This document shows, in pieces, positions 40,601 through 50,696 of a stretch of 64,000 nt of DNA. This DNA is from an uncultured delta proteobacterium (lineage in GTDB: Bacteria > Myxococcota_A > Polyangia > Polyangiales > Polyangiaceae): contig CAWAIF010000003.1 in the NCBI GenBank assembly GCA_963782055.1, positions 4,736,001-4,800,000 on the forward strand, read 5' to 3'. Under the pieces are notes generated by a model. The model saw only the letters and a program-made list of their open reading frames with translations, made no database searches and had not been told where the DNA came from. The position numbers and the translations under genes were made by a program. Each line of letters begins with the position of its first letter. The stretch's first letter is position 1.

Positions 40601-41674
40601 TCAGTAGACGAAGGGCACGATCCGGTGGGGCACGCGCTTCCGGTACTCGTCCCACAGCGCGCCGTACTTCGCCGCGCACCGCCTGTCGTCGTCGCGCTCG
40701 CGGGGCACCAGCAGCGCGAGGTAGTACGCCGGGTACAGCCAAGGCCACGGGTCGCTCGGCCGCGCGAGGGCGAGCGTCAGGCCGAGCGCCATCAGGATCT
40801 CGCCCAGGTAGTTGACGTGGCGGGAGACGCCCCAGAACCCGCCGACGAGCAGCGTGTGCTCGCCGTCGGCGATCGTCCGCGGCGCCAGCAGGCCGAGGAG
40901 CTTCGCCGGCGGGCGCGTCTTGAAGAGGAACTTCTGGAGGTTCGCCCCGCGGGAGAGGGCCCAGCCGCCGAAGAAGACGAGCCCGGCGGCCGCGAGCAGC
41001 CACGCCGGGGCGTGGGGGTCGGGCGCGCGCGCCGCGGACCAGAGCCCCACGCAGTAGAAGAAGGGGTAGAAGGTGAAGCAGCCCCAGCCCAGCTTGAAGC
41101 CCACGCGCTCGGCGAAGAAATCGTAGGTGTACAGGTGCACCTCCTCGAAGAAGAGGTACTCGCTCACGAAGAAGGTGAAGAGCGCGGAGTACACCACGAC
41201 CGAGATCGCCGTGACGCCGCCGTTGACCTTCGCCTCGTGAGCGGCGAAGGAGAGGACGTTGAGCTCCAGCATCACCGCGCCGATGAGGTACAGGTACATC
41301 TTGGCGTCCACCAGCCCGCCGAGCAGCTGCGGGTTGGCGCGCCGGCCGAGGAAGAGCTCCGCCAGGAAGGGCTTGCCGGTGGGCGGCGCGCCGAGCACCA
41401 CGGCGAAGGTGAACGCCAGCCCCAGGGCGCACGCTCCAGCCAGCGCCTCCCACCGGTGATCCCACAGGAAATCGCGGGGCAGGACGCCGAAGTGGTCCAG
41501 GCCGTAGTAGGCGAGCAGGGTGACGGCGAGCACGCGCAGGCCGTTGAGGCGGTAGGTGAGCTTCTCCCCGTTGTCGCCCGTGACGTAGCCGCGCACGGTG
41601 CGCGCGGGCAGCAGCACGTGGAGCACGAGCACCCACGCGTAGACGGCGAGCGGCGCGACGAGCCCGGCGATCAA
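40601..41674 (-). CDS. ERG4/ERG24 family sterol reductase
   Basis: LTYRLNG, FLGRRANP, GFWGVSRHVNYLGE, RERDDDRRCAAKYGALWDEYRKRVPHRIVPFVY. TTGA overlap with the SDR stop. Confidence 0.88.
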   Translation of the reverse strand: MIAGLVAPLAVYAWVLVLHVLLPARTVRGYVTGDNGEKLTYRLNGLRVLAVTLLAYYGLDHFGVLPRDFLWDHRWEALAGACALGLAFTFAVVLGAPPTGKPFLAELFLGRRANPQLLGGLVDAKMYLYLIGAVMLELNVLSFAAHEAKVNGGVTAISVVVYSALFTFFVSEYLFFEEVHLYTYDFFAERVGFKLGWGCFTFYPFFYCVGLWSAARAPDPHAPAWLLAAAGLVFFGGWALSRGANLQKFLFKTRPPAKLLGLLAPRTIADGEHTLLVGGFWGVSRHVNYLGEILMALGLTLALARPSDPWPWLYPAYYLALLVPRERDDDRRCAAKYGALWDEYRKRVPHRIVPFVY

Positions 41675-42468
41675 GGCTCGACCGACTTCTTCATGATGGC
41701 GATGGCCCGCGCGCGCGTCACGACGCGCCGCAGGAAGAAGCTCGCCAGCTTGTTGACCGTCCCCGGCACGACGACCGGACCGCGTCCGAGCGCGTGCAGC
41801 GTCTCCTCCACCACCGCGAGCGGCGCCATCGTCCCGGGGGCCTCCTTCCCGCCGCCGAGCATGCGCTGGTAGTTGGGCGTGCGGATGGCGCCCGCGCACG
41901 AGGCGATCACGTCCACCCCGCCCGGCCGGAGCTCCGCCCAGAGGCCCTCCGCGAGGGTGGTGAGGAAGGCCTTGCTCGCCGCGTAGGCGGCGAGCCGCGG
42001 CGAGCCGGTGAAGCCGGCGAGAGACGACATGATCACCAGCGCGCCGCGGCCGCGCGCGAGCATCGGTGGGACGACGGCGTGCGTGAAGCGCAGCGGCCCG
42101 TTCACGTTGACGTCCACGACGCGCAGGGCGTCGGCGAGCGGCCGCTCCAGCAGCGGCGCGACGAAGGAGTACGCCGCGTTGTAGACCGCCACCCCCACCT
42201 CGCGGTCCGCGAGCGCGGCGCCCAGCGCGCCGGCGAAGCCCGGGTCGGCGAGGTCCAGCGCCAGCGGGACGACCTCCACGCCGTGCCGCTCCCCGAGCTC
42301 GCGCGCCAGGTCCTCGAGCACGTCCGCCCGGCGGGCGACGAGCAGCAGGTCGAGCCCCCGCGCGGCGAGCGCCTCGGCGAAGGCGGCGCCGAGGCCCTCC
42401 GACGCCCCGGCGACGACCGCCCAGCGGCCGTACCGCTCGCGGAAGGGGAGCGCGAGGCGCCGCACCAC
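41671..42468 (-). CDS. Short-chain dehydrogenase/reductase (17beta-HSD/ketoacyl reductase-like)
   Basis: YGRWAVVAGASEGLG, MSSLAG, YAASK. Confidence 0.9.
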   Translation of the reverse strand: MVRRLALPFRERYGRWAVVAGASEGLGAAFAEALAARGLDLLLVARRADVLEDLARELGERHGVEVVPLALDLADPGFAGALGAALADREVGVAVYNAAYSFVAPLLERPLADALRVVDVNVNGPLRFTHAVVPPMLARGRGALVIMSSLAGFTGSPRLAAYAASKAFLTTLAEGLWAELRPGGVDVIASCAGAIRTPNYQRMLGGGKEAPGTMAPLAVVEETLHALGRGPVVVPGTVNKLASFFLRRVVTRARAIAIMKKSVEP

Positions 42469-43274
42469 TAGCGCGACACCCCGGCGATGGCGTCCAGGAG
42501 CGCCGGCCCGTCCAGCGCGAACAGGTCGGTGTGATGCCCGCCCTGGATGGTGATGAGCTCCGCCCGCGGGAAGGTCTTCGAGAGCGCCTGGCCCATCGCG
42601 AAGGGGACGACCTCGTCCTGGGTGCCCTGGATGATCAGGACGGGCAACCGGATGCGCGGCGCCTTGGATCGGGTGTCGAAGCGGTCCCCCACCAGCCAGT
42701 GCACAGGAAGGAAGGGCGCGACCTTGGCACCGACGTCCGGGATGGAGGTGTACGGCGCCATCAGGACGAGCTCCCTCCCGAAGCCGCGCAGCGCCATCTC
42801 CGCCGCCACGCCGGTGCCCAGGCTGGTGCCCCAGAGCACCAGGCGATCGCGAGGGATCGCCAGCGCGTCCAGCAGCGCCTGCGCGTCGGCGTAGAGGCCC
42901 TGCTCGGTGGGCGACCCGGCGTCGCGCGAGAGGCCGTAGCCGCGGTACTCGGCGAGCACCACGTTCACGCCGCGCAGCGCGAGCTCACGCGCGATCTCCA
43001 CGTCGTCGAAGACCGTCTCGCCGTTGCCGTGAAAGTGCACGACGGTGGTGGCGGTCGCGCCGCCGCCCCTCGCCGCGAAGCGCATGGCGAAGACGGGTGT
43101 GCCGTCCTTCGCCGTCGCGTCGATGCGCGTCGCGTCGGACGGGATCGGGCGATCGGCCTCGACCGGCGCGGGGTAGAGCAGCCTGCGGTAGCTCGCCGCG
43201 CCCAGGACGCACACGCCGGCGTAGAGCAGGGCGAGGCCGGCGAGGAGCTGGATCACGCGGCGCCTCCATCTCAT
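42468..43274 (-). CDS. Alpha/beta hydrolase with N-terminal TM (ABHD13/17-like)
   Basis: HFHGNGE, EYRGYG, GTSLG nucleophile, QGTQDEVVP, GGHH. Confidence 0.88.
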   Translation of the reverse strand: MRWRRRVIQLLAGLALLYAGVCVLGAASYRRLLYPAPVEADRPIPSDATRIDATAKDGTPVFAMRFAARGGGATATTVVHFHGNGETVFDDVEIARELALRGVNVVLAEYRGYGLSRDAGSPTEQGLYADAQALLDALAIPRDRLVLWGTSLGTGVAAEMALRGFGRELVLMAPYTSIPDVGAKVAPFLPVHWLVGDRFDTRSKAPRIRLPVLIIQGTQDEVVPFAMGQALSKTFPRAELITIQGGHHTDLFALDGPALLDAIAGVSR

Positions 43275-44023
43275 GACGTCGCGAAGAGCCCCGGCACCGC
43301 CTCGGTCGCGCGGCCGAGACGGCACTCGTCGAAGGCCCCGCCGTTCTCCGGCGCCTCCGGGCCGACGTAGACCGTGCGCGCGCCCGCCGCGCGCGCGGCC
43401 CGCACCAGGCCCGCCGCCGGGTAGACGGCCCCGGAGCTGCCGATGGTGACGAAGAGGTCGCAGGCGTCGACGGCGCGCGCGATGGCCTCCAGCCCGAAGG
43501 GCACCTCCCCGAACCAGCAGATGTGCGGGCGGACGCGCCCGCCGCACGCGCACCGCGGAATGCTCGCGTCGTCCTCGTACAGGCCCGCGTCCTCGAAGGG
43601 CTCCGCGCGATCGCAGCGCGGGCCGGGGCGCTCGCAGCGGCTCTTGGAGAGCTCGCCGTGCATGTGCAGCACGCGCCTGGAGCCGGCGCGCTCGTGGAGG
43701 GGGTCCACGTTCTGCGTGCAAAGGAAGAGTCGGTCGGCGAGGGCGCCCTCCACCGCGGCGAGCGCCACGTGCGCCGCGTTCGGCGCGACGGTCGCCGCCT
43801 GGGCGCGCCGCGCGGAGTAGAAGCGCCAGACGAGCACCGGGTCGCGCGCCCAGCCCTCCGGCGACGCCACGTCCTCGAAGCGATGCTCCTCCCACATGCC
43901 TCCCGCGTCGCGGAAGGTACGGATGCCGCTCTCCGCGCTGATCCCCGCGCCGGTCAGGACGAAGACGCGCCGCGCCGGGAGCACCGCGAGCGGCGCGAAG
44001 TCGGCGTGGGGCCTCACGTTCAT
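43271..44023 (-). CDS. cobB: NAD-dependent protein deacylase (sirtuin)
   Basis: LTGAGISAESGIRTFRD, TQNVD, HMHG, RPHICWFGE, GSSGAVYPAA. Confidence 0.93.
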   Translation of the reverse strand: MNVRPHADFAPLAVLPARRVFVLTGAGISAESGIRTFRDAGGMWEEHRFEDVASPEGWARDPVLVWRFYSARRAQAATVAPNAAHVALAAVEGALADRLFLCTQNVDPLHERAGSRRVLHMHGELSKSRCERPGPRCDRAEPFEDAGLYEDDASIPRCACGGRVRPHICWFGEVPFGLEAIARAVDACDLFVTIGSSGAVYPAAGLVRAARAAGARTVYVGPEAPENGGAFDECRLGRATEAVPGLFATS

Positions 44024-44060
44024 GGTGTGCAGAGCATACGCGCGGACTATCCTCGTGCCC

Positions 44061-46511
44061 ATGGCACGGTGGGCGTTCGTCGCGACGGCAGGGCTGGCGC
44101 TGGTGCTCGGGACCATGGGCGGGTGCAGCTCGGACGACGCCGGCACGCAGGGCGCGGTCGCTCGCTTCACCCTCACCGCGGGACAGACGCCCCCGTTCCT
44201 CGATGTCCCCTACCCCACCGACGCGTACCTGAAGGACGGGCACGTCATGAACCCCCTGCCCGGGCTGGACGCGGTGGTCACGCAGAACGCCGACATCCTC
44301 TCCGGCGCCTTCGCCGAGCTGGACGGCTTCTCCCGCTTCACCCACGCCCTCTTCTACGTCGACGACATGGACGCCGCGCCCGTCGACGACGCTCCGCCCT
44401 CGGCGGTGATCGACAAGACCTCCCTACCGGCGGACGAGGACGCGTGCGTGGCCGACACCAGCTCGGTCTACCTGCTGGACATGGACGCGCCTGACCCCGC
44501 GCACGCGCGCGTGCGCTGCCGCGCCTACTTCCAGGACGACGCCATCCGCGGCTCGGACACGCGTCCAGTGGTGGCCGTCGGCCCGGCGCGCGGCATCGTC
44601 CTGGAGGAAGGCCACCACTACGCCGCCCTCCTGACGAGCCGCCTGCAGACGGCCGACGGGCGCGCGGTGCGCGCGAGCGCCGACCTGACCAACCTCCCCA
44701 CCACGCCGGAAGATGCGACGCAGAGGATGTATCGCGACGCCCTTGACCGCGCCGTCGCGCTCCTGGGGCCCGGCCTCGGCGGCGCGCGCATCGTCGCCAT
44801 CGCGCCGTTCACCACGCACACCCGCGCGCGCGAGCTGTTCCAGCTGCGCGCGACGCTCGACACCGAGCCAATCCCCCCGCTCTCCTTCGACCCGAAGGAG
44901 CTCGCGCCGATGGGCGCGGCCCGCTTCGCGCGGCCTGTCGGCGGCGTGCTGCCCGCCGGCTTCACCGCCAGCCTGGACGACTGGCTCGGCGTGGTCGACC
45001 CGAAGAACAAGCTCCCCGACGGCTCCGACGACTGGGACAACCAGCTCCCCGTGCGCGCGCACGATTACATCGCCGCGTGGGGGACGGCCGTCTTCGAGGC
45101 GTCCAGCTACCTGCGTGACGAGCCGGGCGGCTACGACAACCCGCTGCACGCGCACTTCGCCCGCGACGCGAGCGGCAACATCGTCCGCAGCCCCACCAAG
45201 CCGACGGCCAAGATCTGGGCATCCATCGCCGTCCCCGACGCCCCCATGCCTCCCGGCGGCTACCCGACGGTGATCGTGCAGCACGGCCTGGGCGCCTCGC
45301 GCGAGTACCTCGTCCAGGCGGCCAACGTCTTCTGCACCAAGGGCTGGATGGTGGTGGGCGTCGACAGCATCACCTTCGGCGCGCGCGCCGTGGAGCCGGA
45401 GTTCCAGGTGGACGAGCACACCGACTACGAGAGCGCCCCCGGCGCAACGTACAAGGGGCCCGACGGCATCGCCGACAACACCCCCAGCGGGCGCAACCCG
45501 CCGACCGACCTCTTCGGCAACCTCCTGAACCTGGGCGCGTTCCGCGATCAGCTCCGGCAGGCGGCGATCGACACGGTGAGTCTGGTCCGTGTATTGCGCA
45601 ACCATCCGGATCTCTCCCCCCTGAAGACGGGCGCGACCGTCCCGGCGATCGACCCCGACCACATCGCCTACGTGGGCGAGTCGCTCGGGTCCATCGAGGG
45701 CGAGATGGCGGCGGCGATCGAGCCGCACGTCCACCCGTGGGTCTTCTCCGTGGGCGGTGGCGGCTTCATCATGGAGGCGGCGGTGCACGGCCCGGGCATC
45801 GGCACGCTGCTCGGCGCCGCGGCGGGCCTGTATTTCCACTTCCTGCGCGACCGCCTCACCGAGTTCCACCCCCTGGTGAACCTGGTGCAGACGGCGGTGG
45901 AGCCGGCCGACCCGCTGCTCTACGCCGGCGACCTCATCCGCCACCCGCAGCCCGTCGGCGACGTGCCCCCCGCCCCGCGCGACGTGCTGCTCATCGAGTC
46001 GCTCTACGACGAGCTGGTCGCCAACGAGGCGGGCGAGGCCTGGGCGCGCGCCGCGGGCCTCGGGCTCGCCGAGCCCAACGTCGGGTCCAACGCCGGCATC
46101 ACCGACCTGCAGAGCCTCGAAGCCGGCGGAGGGCACGTGCCTCTGCCGAGCATCGGCCCCGACGCCTCCGGCACCATCCACGACGTGCCTCTACCGGGGA
46201 TCACCGGCCTGGTGGTGCAAGCAGGCCCCTGCGACCACGGCTCCGACTGGGTATCGAGCAAGGGCCAGCACCAGTTCGCCATCCCTTACGTGCGCTACGA
46301 CGACCCGGTGCTCTACGACCGGCTCCCCGTCGCCTTCGACATGCGCAACCCCTACCGTGCGCTGGCCCAGCAGATCACCGACTTCATCGGCGACCGCTTC
46401 GCCGGGAAGGCGCCCGGCGTGGTGGTTCACCAGCCACCCGTGCGGGACTTCGACGACGACGGAGTGAAGGACGACGTCGACCCCGACCCCAGCGACCCAT
46501 CCGTCAAGTAA
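44061..46511 (+). CDS. Large lipoprotein with alpha/beta-hydrolase (extracellular lipase-like) domain
   Basis: Lipobox MGGC-SS; VPYPTD, LDGFS, IVQHGLG, RDQLRQAAID, GESLG; terminal DFDDDGVKD loop. Confidence 0.78.
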   Translation: MARWAFVATAGLALVLGTMGGCSSDDAGTQGAVARFTLTAGQTPPFLDVPYPTDAYLKDGHVMNPLPGLDAVVTQNADILSGAFAELDGFSRFTHALFYVDDMDAAPVDDAPPSAVIDKTSLPADEDACVADTSSVYLLDMDAPDPAHARVRCRAYFQDDAIRGSDTRPVVAVGPARGIVLEEGHHYAALLTSRLQTADGRAVRASADLTNLPTTPEDATQRMYRDALDRAVALLGPGLGGARIVAIAPFTTHTRARELFQLRATLDTEPIPPLSFDPKELAPMGAARFARPVGGVLPAGFTASLDDWLGVVDPKNKLPDGSDDWDNQLPVRAHDYIAAWGTAVFEASSYLRDEPGGYDNPLHAHFARDASGNIVRSPTKPTAKIWASIAVPDAPMPPGGYPTVIVQHGLGASREYLVQAANVFCTKGWMVVGVDSITFGARAVEPEFQVDEHTDYESAPGATYKGPDGIADNTPSGRNPPTDLFGNLLNLGAFRDQLRQAAIDTVSLVRVLRNHPDLSPLKTGATVPAIDPDHIAYVGESLGSIEGEMAAAIEPHVHPWVFSVGGGGFIMEAAVHGPGIGTLLGAAAGLYFHFLRDRLTEFHPLVNLVQTAVEPADPLLYAGDLIRHPQPVGDVPPAPRDVLLIESLYDELVANEAGEAWARAAGLGLAEPNVGSNAGITDLQSLEAGGGHVPLPSIGPDASGTIHDVPLPGITGLVVQAGPCDHGSDWVSSKGQHQFAIPYVRYDDPVLYDRLPVAFDMRNPYRALAQQITDFIGDRFAGKAPGVVVHQPPVRDFDDDGVKDDVDPDPSDPSVK

Positions 46512-46632
46512 AGACTTCGCGGCGCGGCGACGCGCCCAGGCGGCGGTTGCGACGCGTGGACGTTGGCATAGACTAGTCGTCGGCTCGCCTCTCCGCGCCC
46601 CGCGCGGAGTCCGGGCCCAAGGAGGCACCCCG

Positions 46633-48087
46633 TTGGGCGCGATCGAAGACGCGGCCCCTCAAAGAGGAACGGACGTCGGCATCGACATCGCCGCCGGCGA
46701 TCAGGTGGAGCTGCTCTCCGCCGACCTCTCCCTGGCGCGGGCCCTTTTCGACGGCGTGCCGGTCGCGAGGCTCCTCGCGCGCGCGCGCGTGGGCCGCGAC
46801 GAGCGGGATCTCGCCGCCCCGGCCGAGGGCGGACGCGTCAGCTTCACCTTCGACGCCCTGCTCGTGCGCGTCTGCTCCGCCAGCGTGGTCGCGACCGACA
46901 GGGTGAAGGTGGCCGTCGCGCGGCAGGCGCGCGCGGCGTCGGTGGAGGGCCCGCTCGCGGCGAGCGACGCCACCATCGCCACCCTCGTCTACGCCGTGGC
47001 GATCGCGCCGGACCCCGACGCCTCCATGGCCGAGGCCTTCCTGGAGTCCACGCAGACGGGGCTCACGCTCAAGGCGGCGGAGACCATCGGCGCGTACGTC
47101 GAGAAGGTGGGGGAGGCCGCGGCGGCCTACGACGCGCGCGTGCGATCCGTCGACCCGCGCGGCGCCCTCTTCGAGGCCTGCGTGCGCCTGGCGACACGCG
47201 CCGTGGTCGGGCCGATGCCGGCGTCCCGCCTCTTCGAGGCCGCGCGGCGCCTGTACCGTGCCGGCCTCGCGAGCCCCCTGCTACGCCCGGCCGCGTCGCC
47301 GCTCTACCCCCAGGGCATCGACGCCGAGATGCCGCGCAAGCTGCGCCGGATGGTGTCGCTCGACCGCGCCCCGCTCGAGGCGCTCACGTCGCGCGACCCG
47401 CGCGAGCTCGCCGCCGCCCTCGCCCGCCTCGAGGGGGCCCGCGAGAGCTCCGCGGAGATCCAGCTCCTGCGCCTGGACTCGCTCGTCGCCGACCTCACCG
47501 TCCTGCTCGGGCACGCGGGCGCGCCGGCGCTCGCGGTGAAGGTGCCCGAGCCGGAGCCGCTCGCCGCGCCGGACTCCGCGCGCCCCTCGTGGCAGCCGCA
47601 CGACTGGTCCAGCCGCGAGGCCGCGGAGGCGCTCGCCACCGCGCTGGAGCGCGGCACCACCACCCTCCCGCGCGCCTACGTCCTGGTGCAGCGCGGGGGT
47701 GACGCGGCGCTGGACGCCGTGGGCGCCGAGATGCTCCGCGTCGACGCCCACCCTTACGCGAGCGCCGCCATCGCCGAGATCCTCGCGCGCAGCCAGCGCC
47801 CGCGCGACGTCATGCGGCTCGTCACCTACTTCGCGGTGGCGCCCGACCCGACGATCGCCGCGCGCACGCTCAGCGCGTGCGGGGCGCCGGAGCTCCCCGG
47901 CGTGCTGCGCGCCTGGCTCGAGGCGATGCTCCCGCACGACGGCACGGCCGTCCCCTTCCGCGACGACCCGCACACCTCCACCGCGGGCCGCGTGACGGCG
48001 TGCATCGCCGCGCTCAAGCCGTACCCCAACCTGTACGGCGCGGTGAGCCCGCTGCTCGACCGCGTGAGCAACCCGCCACCCGGCTGA
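46633..48087 (+). CDS. Hypothetical, mostly alpha-helical protein
   Basis: 484-aa ORF with host-like codon use and AGGAGG upstream of TTG; no motif recognised. Confidence 0.65.
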   Translation: MGAIEDAAPQRGTDVGIDIAAGDQVELLSADLSLARALFDGVPVARLLARARVGRDERDLAAPAEGGRVSFTFDALLVRVCSASVVATDRVKVAVARQARAASVEGPLAASDATIATLVYAVAIAPDPDASMAEAFLESTQTGLTLKAAETIGAYVEKVGEAAAAYDARVRSVDPRGALFEACVRLATRAVVGPMPASRLFEAARRLYRAGLASPLLRPAASPLYPQGIDAEMPRKLRRMVSLDRAPLEALTSRDPRELAAALARLEGARESSAEIQLLRLDSLVADLTVLLGHAGAPALAVKVPEPEPLAAPDSARPSWQPHDWSSREAAEALATALERGTTTLPRAYVLVQRGGDAALDAVGAEMLRVDAHPYASAAIAEILARSQRPRDVMRLVTYFAVAPDPTIAARTLSACGAPELPGVLRAWLEAMLPHDGTAVPFRDDPHTSTAGRVTACIAALKPYPNLYGAVSPLLDRVSNPPPG

Positions 48088-48125
48088 GGCGGCGCGAGGC
48101 CATACGCGCGTGATATCCTCCGAAG

Positions 48126-49097
48126 GTGCGTCGCTTCCTCGCCATCGCCGGCTCCCTGGCGCTCGTCTCGTGCGCGGCGATCCTCGGCATCGACGACGGC
48201 ACGCCCCGCGACGATGACGCCGGCCTCGACGCCGCGACGGCCGACGTCGCGATGGACGCGCCCGCGGAGGCGGCGACGGAGGCACCACCACCGCCGCCCT
48301 GCGACGTGACCACCCCCTTCGGCACGCCGGTGCCGATCACCGAGCTCAACACCACCTCCGCCGAGGAGCACCCGCACCTGACACCGGACGAGCTCACGAT
48401 CTACTACCAGAGCAACCGCAACGGCGGCGCGGGCAAGTCCGACATCTGGAGGGCGACGCGGCCGACCCGGACCTCGCCCTTCGCCGCGCCGGTCAACCTG
48501 AGCGGCATCAACACGACGGGGCAGGAAGCCGATCCCGCCATCTCCGCCGACGGCCTCACCCTCCTCTTCTTCACCGACCGCTCCGGCGGCGGCGACATCT
48601 GGTTCGCGCAGGCGGCCGACGGCGGCTTTGGCGCGCCCGCCATGCTGCCGCTCGTCAACACCTCCTCCCTCGACTTCGGCCCCTCGCTGCAACCGGGGGC
48701 GCTGGTGCTCTACTTCGCCTCTGCCCGCAACAGCGACGCGGGCCTGACGAACGTGTTCGTCGCGTCGAGCAACGACGCCGGGGTCACCGGCGTGAGCAGC
48801 GTCGGCCCCGTCAACACGGCCAACCACAAGGATGGCTACCCCGCCATCTCGGCGGACGGCCTCGTCTTGTACTTCGCCTCCGACCGACCCACCAACGGGC
48901 TGGGCGACTGGGACGTGTGGGTCTCGGTGCGCGCCTCCACCGCCGACGCCTTCGGCACCCCGACCGACGTGACCGAGGTCAACACGTCCTCCAGCGACGA
49001 GCCAGGGTGGCTCTCCGCCGACCTGTGCCGCCTCTACCTCTCGAGCAGCCGCGGGGGGAACAACGATCTGTACATCGCGGAGCGAGCGCCGCCCTGA
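48126..49097 (+). CDS. Lipoprotein with PD40/TolB-like beta-propeller repeats
   Basis: Lipobox LVSC; repeats PAISADGLxLxF...DIW. Confidence 0.85.
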   Translation: MRRFLAIAGSLALVSCAAILGIDDGTPRDDDAGLDAATADVAMDAPAEAATEAPPPPPCDVTTPFGTPVPITELNTTSAEEHPHLTPDELTIYYQSNRNGGAGKSDIWRATRPTRTSPFAAPVNLSGINTTGQEADPAISADGLTLLFFTDRSGGGDIWFAQAADGGFGAPAMLPLVNTSSLDFGPSLQPGALVLYFASARNSDAGLTNVFVASSNDAGVTGVSSVGPVNTANHKDGYPAISADGLVLYFASDRPTNGLGDWDVWVSVRASTADAFGTPTDVTEVNTSSSDEPGWLSADLCRLYLSSSRGGNNDLYIAERAPP

Positions 49098-49115
49098 CGC
49101 GCGGATACGTGCACT

Positions 49116-50687
49116 CTACACCGGAATGATGCCCCGCTTGCGGGCCGGCCGCTCCATCGTCTTGTGCCGGGCGAGCTCCAGCCCCCAGGCGATGGCGCGG
49201 CGGGTGTCGCGCGGGTCGATCACCTCGTCGATGAGTCCCCAGCCCGCCACCTTGTAGATGTCGATGTTCTTCTGGATCATCTCGACGATGGTCTTCTTGG
49301 CCTCCGGCGGGGGCTCGGTGTCGCCGAAGAGCTTGCGCGCGGCGATCCCCACCATCCCCTCCGCGCCCATCACGCTGATCTCGCCGGTGGGCCAGCTCAC
49401 GATGAGGTCCGGCTCGTAGGCGCGGCCCGCCATGACGTAGTAGCCGGCGCCGTACGCCTTGCGCACCACCACGGTGATCTTCGGCACCGTCGCCGCGCTC
49501 ATCACGTGCAGCATCTTGGCGCCGTGACGGATGATGCCCGCGTGCTCCACCTTGGAGCCCACCATGAAGCCGGGCACGTCCTGCAAGAAGACGAGCGGCA
49601 CGTTGAAGGCGTCGCAGATCTGGATGAAGCGCGCCGCCTTGTCGGCGGAGTCCACGTCCAGGATGCCGCCGAGGTACATCGGCTGGTTGGCGACGATGCC
49701 CACGCTCTTGCCGCCCACCCGCGCGAAGCAGGTGATGACGCTCCGCGCCCAGCGCGGCTTGATGTCCAGGATGTCGCCGCCATCGACGAGCATCTTGATG
49801 AGCTTGTACATGTCGTACGGCTTGCGCGTGGACTCCGGGAGCAGGTCGAGCAGCGCCTCGTCGCGGCGCTCCACCGGGTCGGTCACCGGCAGCTCCGGCG
49901 GCGACTCGTCGCAGTTGGAGGGCAGGAAGGAGAGGTACTTCTTCACCGCCGCGATGCACGCCGCGTCGTCGGCGAACTCCCCGTCACCCACGCCACTCAC
50001 CTCGCTGTGCACCTTGGAGCCGCCCAGGTCCTGCTCGGCGATCTCCTGCCCGGTCACCGCCTTCACCAGCGCCGGACCGCCGAGCGCCAGGCTCCCGATG
50101 TTCTTCACCATCGGCACGTAGTCGGCGAGGCCGGGGATGTACGCGGTACCCGCCGCGCCCGGCCCGACCATCGCCGCCACCTGCGGGACCACGCCGCTCA
50201 TGTGCACCTGCTCGCGGAAGAGGTGCCCCGTCCCGGCGAAGAGCGAGATCATGTCGGGGTGGCTGGAGCCGGGGTCGATGCGCGCACCGCCGGAGTCGAT
50301 GAACCACACGATGGGCCAGCGCCCGCGCAGGCTCATCTGCCGCAGGCGCGTCACCTTCTCCTCGCCGGTGTAGCCGATGCTCCCGCCCTTCACGGTGAAG
50401 TCGTAGGCGGCGACGCACACCATCCGCCCGTCCACCTTGCCGAAGCCGGTGACGACGGCGTCGGCTGGGGGCTTGTCCTTGCCGTCCGGCCCGGCGGCCA
50501 GGCCCATCTGCGTCCCGTGCGCGCCGATCTCGAAGAACACCCCGCCGTCGAAGAAGGCGGCCATGCGCTCGCGCGCCGTCATCTTCCCGCGGGCGTGCTG
50601 CTTCTCCACCCGCGCGGGCCCGCCCATCTTGCGGATCTCCTCGAGGCGCTTCTCCAGGTCGGCGACCAGCTCACGCATGTTCGGCAT
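49116..50687 (-). CDS. Acyl-CoA carboxylase carboxyltransferase (beta) subunit
   Basis: GKMTARER, DFTVKGGS, DSGGARI, DVPGFMVG, RKAYGAG, VIDPRDTR. Confidence 0.93.
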   Translation of the reverse strand: MPNMRELVADLEKRLEEIRKMGGPARVEKQHARGKMTARERMAAFFDGGVFFEIGAHGTQMGLAAGPDGKDKPPADAVVTGFGKVDGRMVCVAAYDFTVKGGSIGYTGEEKVTRLRQMSLRGRWPIVWFIDSGGARIDPGSSHPDMISLFAGTGHLFREQVHMSGVVPQVAAMVGPGAAGTAYIPGLADYVPMVKNIGSLALGGPALVKAVTGQEIAEQDLGGSKVHSEVSGVGDGEFADDAACIAAVKKYLSFLPSNCDESPPELPVTDPVERRDEALLDLLPESTRKPYDMYKLIKMLVDGGDILDIKPRWARSVITCFARVGGKSVGIVANQPMYLGGILDVDSADKAARFIQICDAFNVPLVFLQDVPGFMVGSKVEHAGIIRHGAKMLHVMSAATVPKITVVVRKAYGAGYYVMAGRAYEPDLIVSWPTGEISVMGAEGMVGIAARKLFGDTEPPPEAKKTIVEMIQKNIDIYKVAGWGLIDEVIDPRDTRRAIAWGLELARHKTMERPARKRGIIPV

Positions 50688-50696
50688 CGTCTTCCT

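Noticed and set aside
39729..41899. Long N-terminal extensions of the DUF692 (635 aa) and sterol reductase (432 aa) ORFs, suggesting fusions
   Set aside because: The extensions are off-frame read-throughs of upstream genes; starts near the upstream stops give normal-sized proteins.
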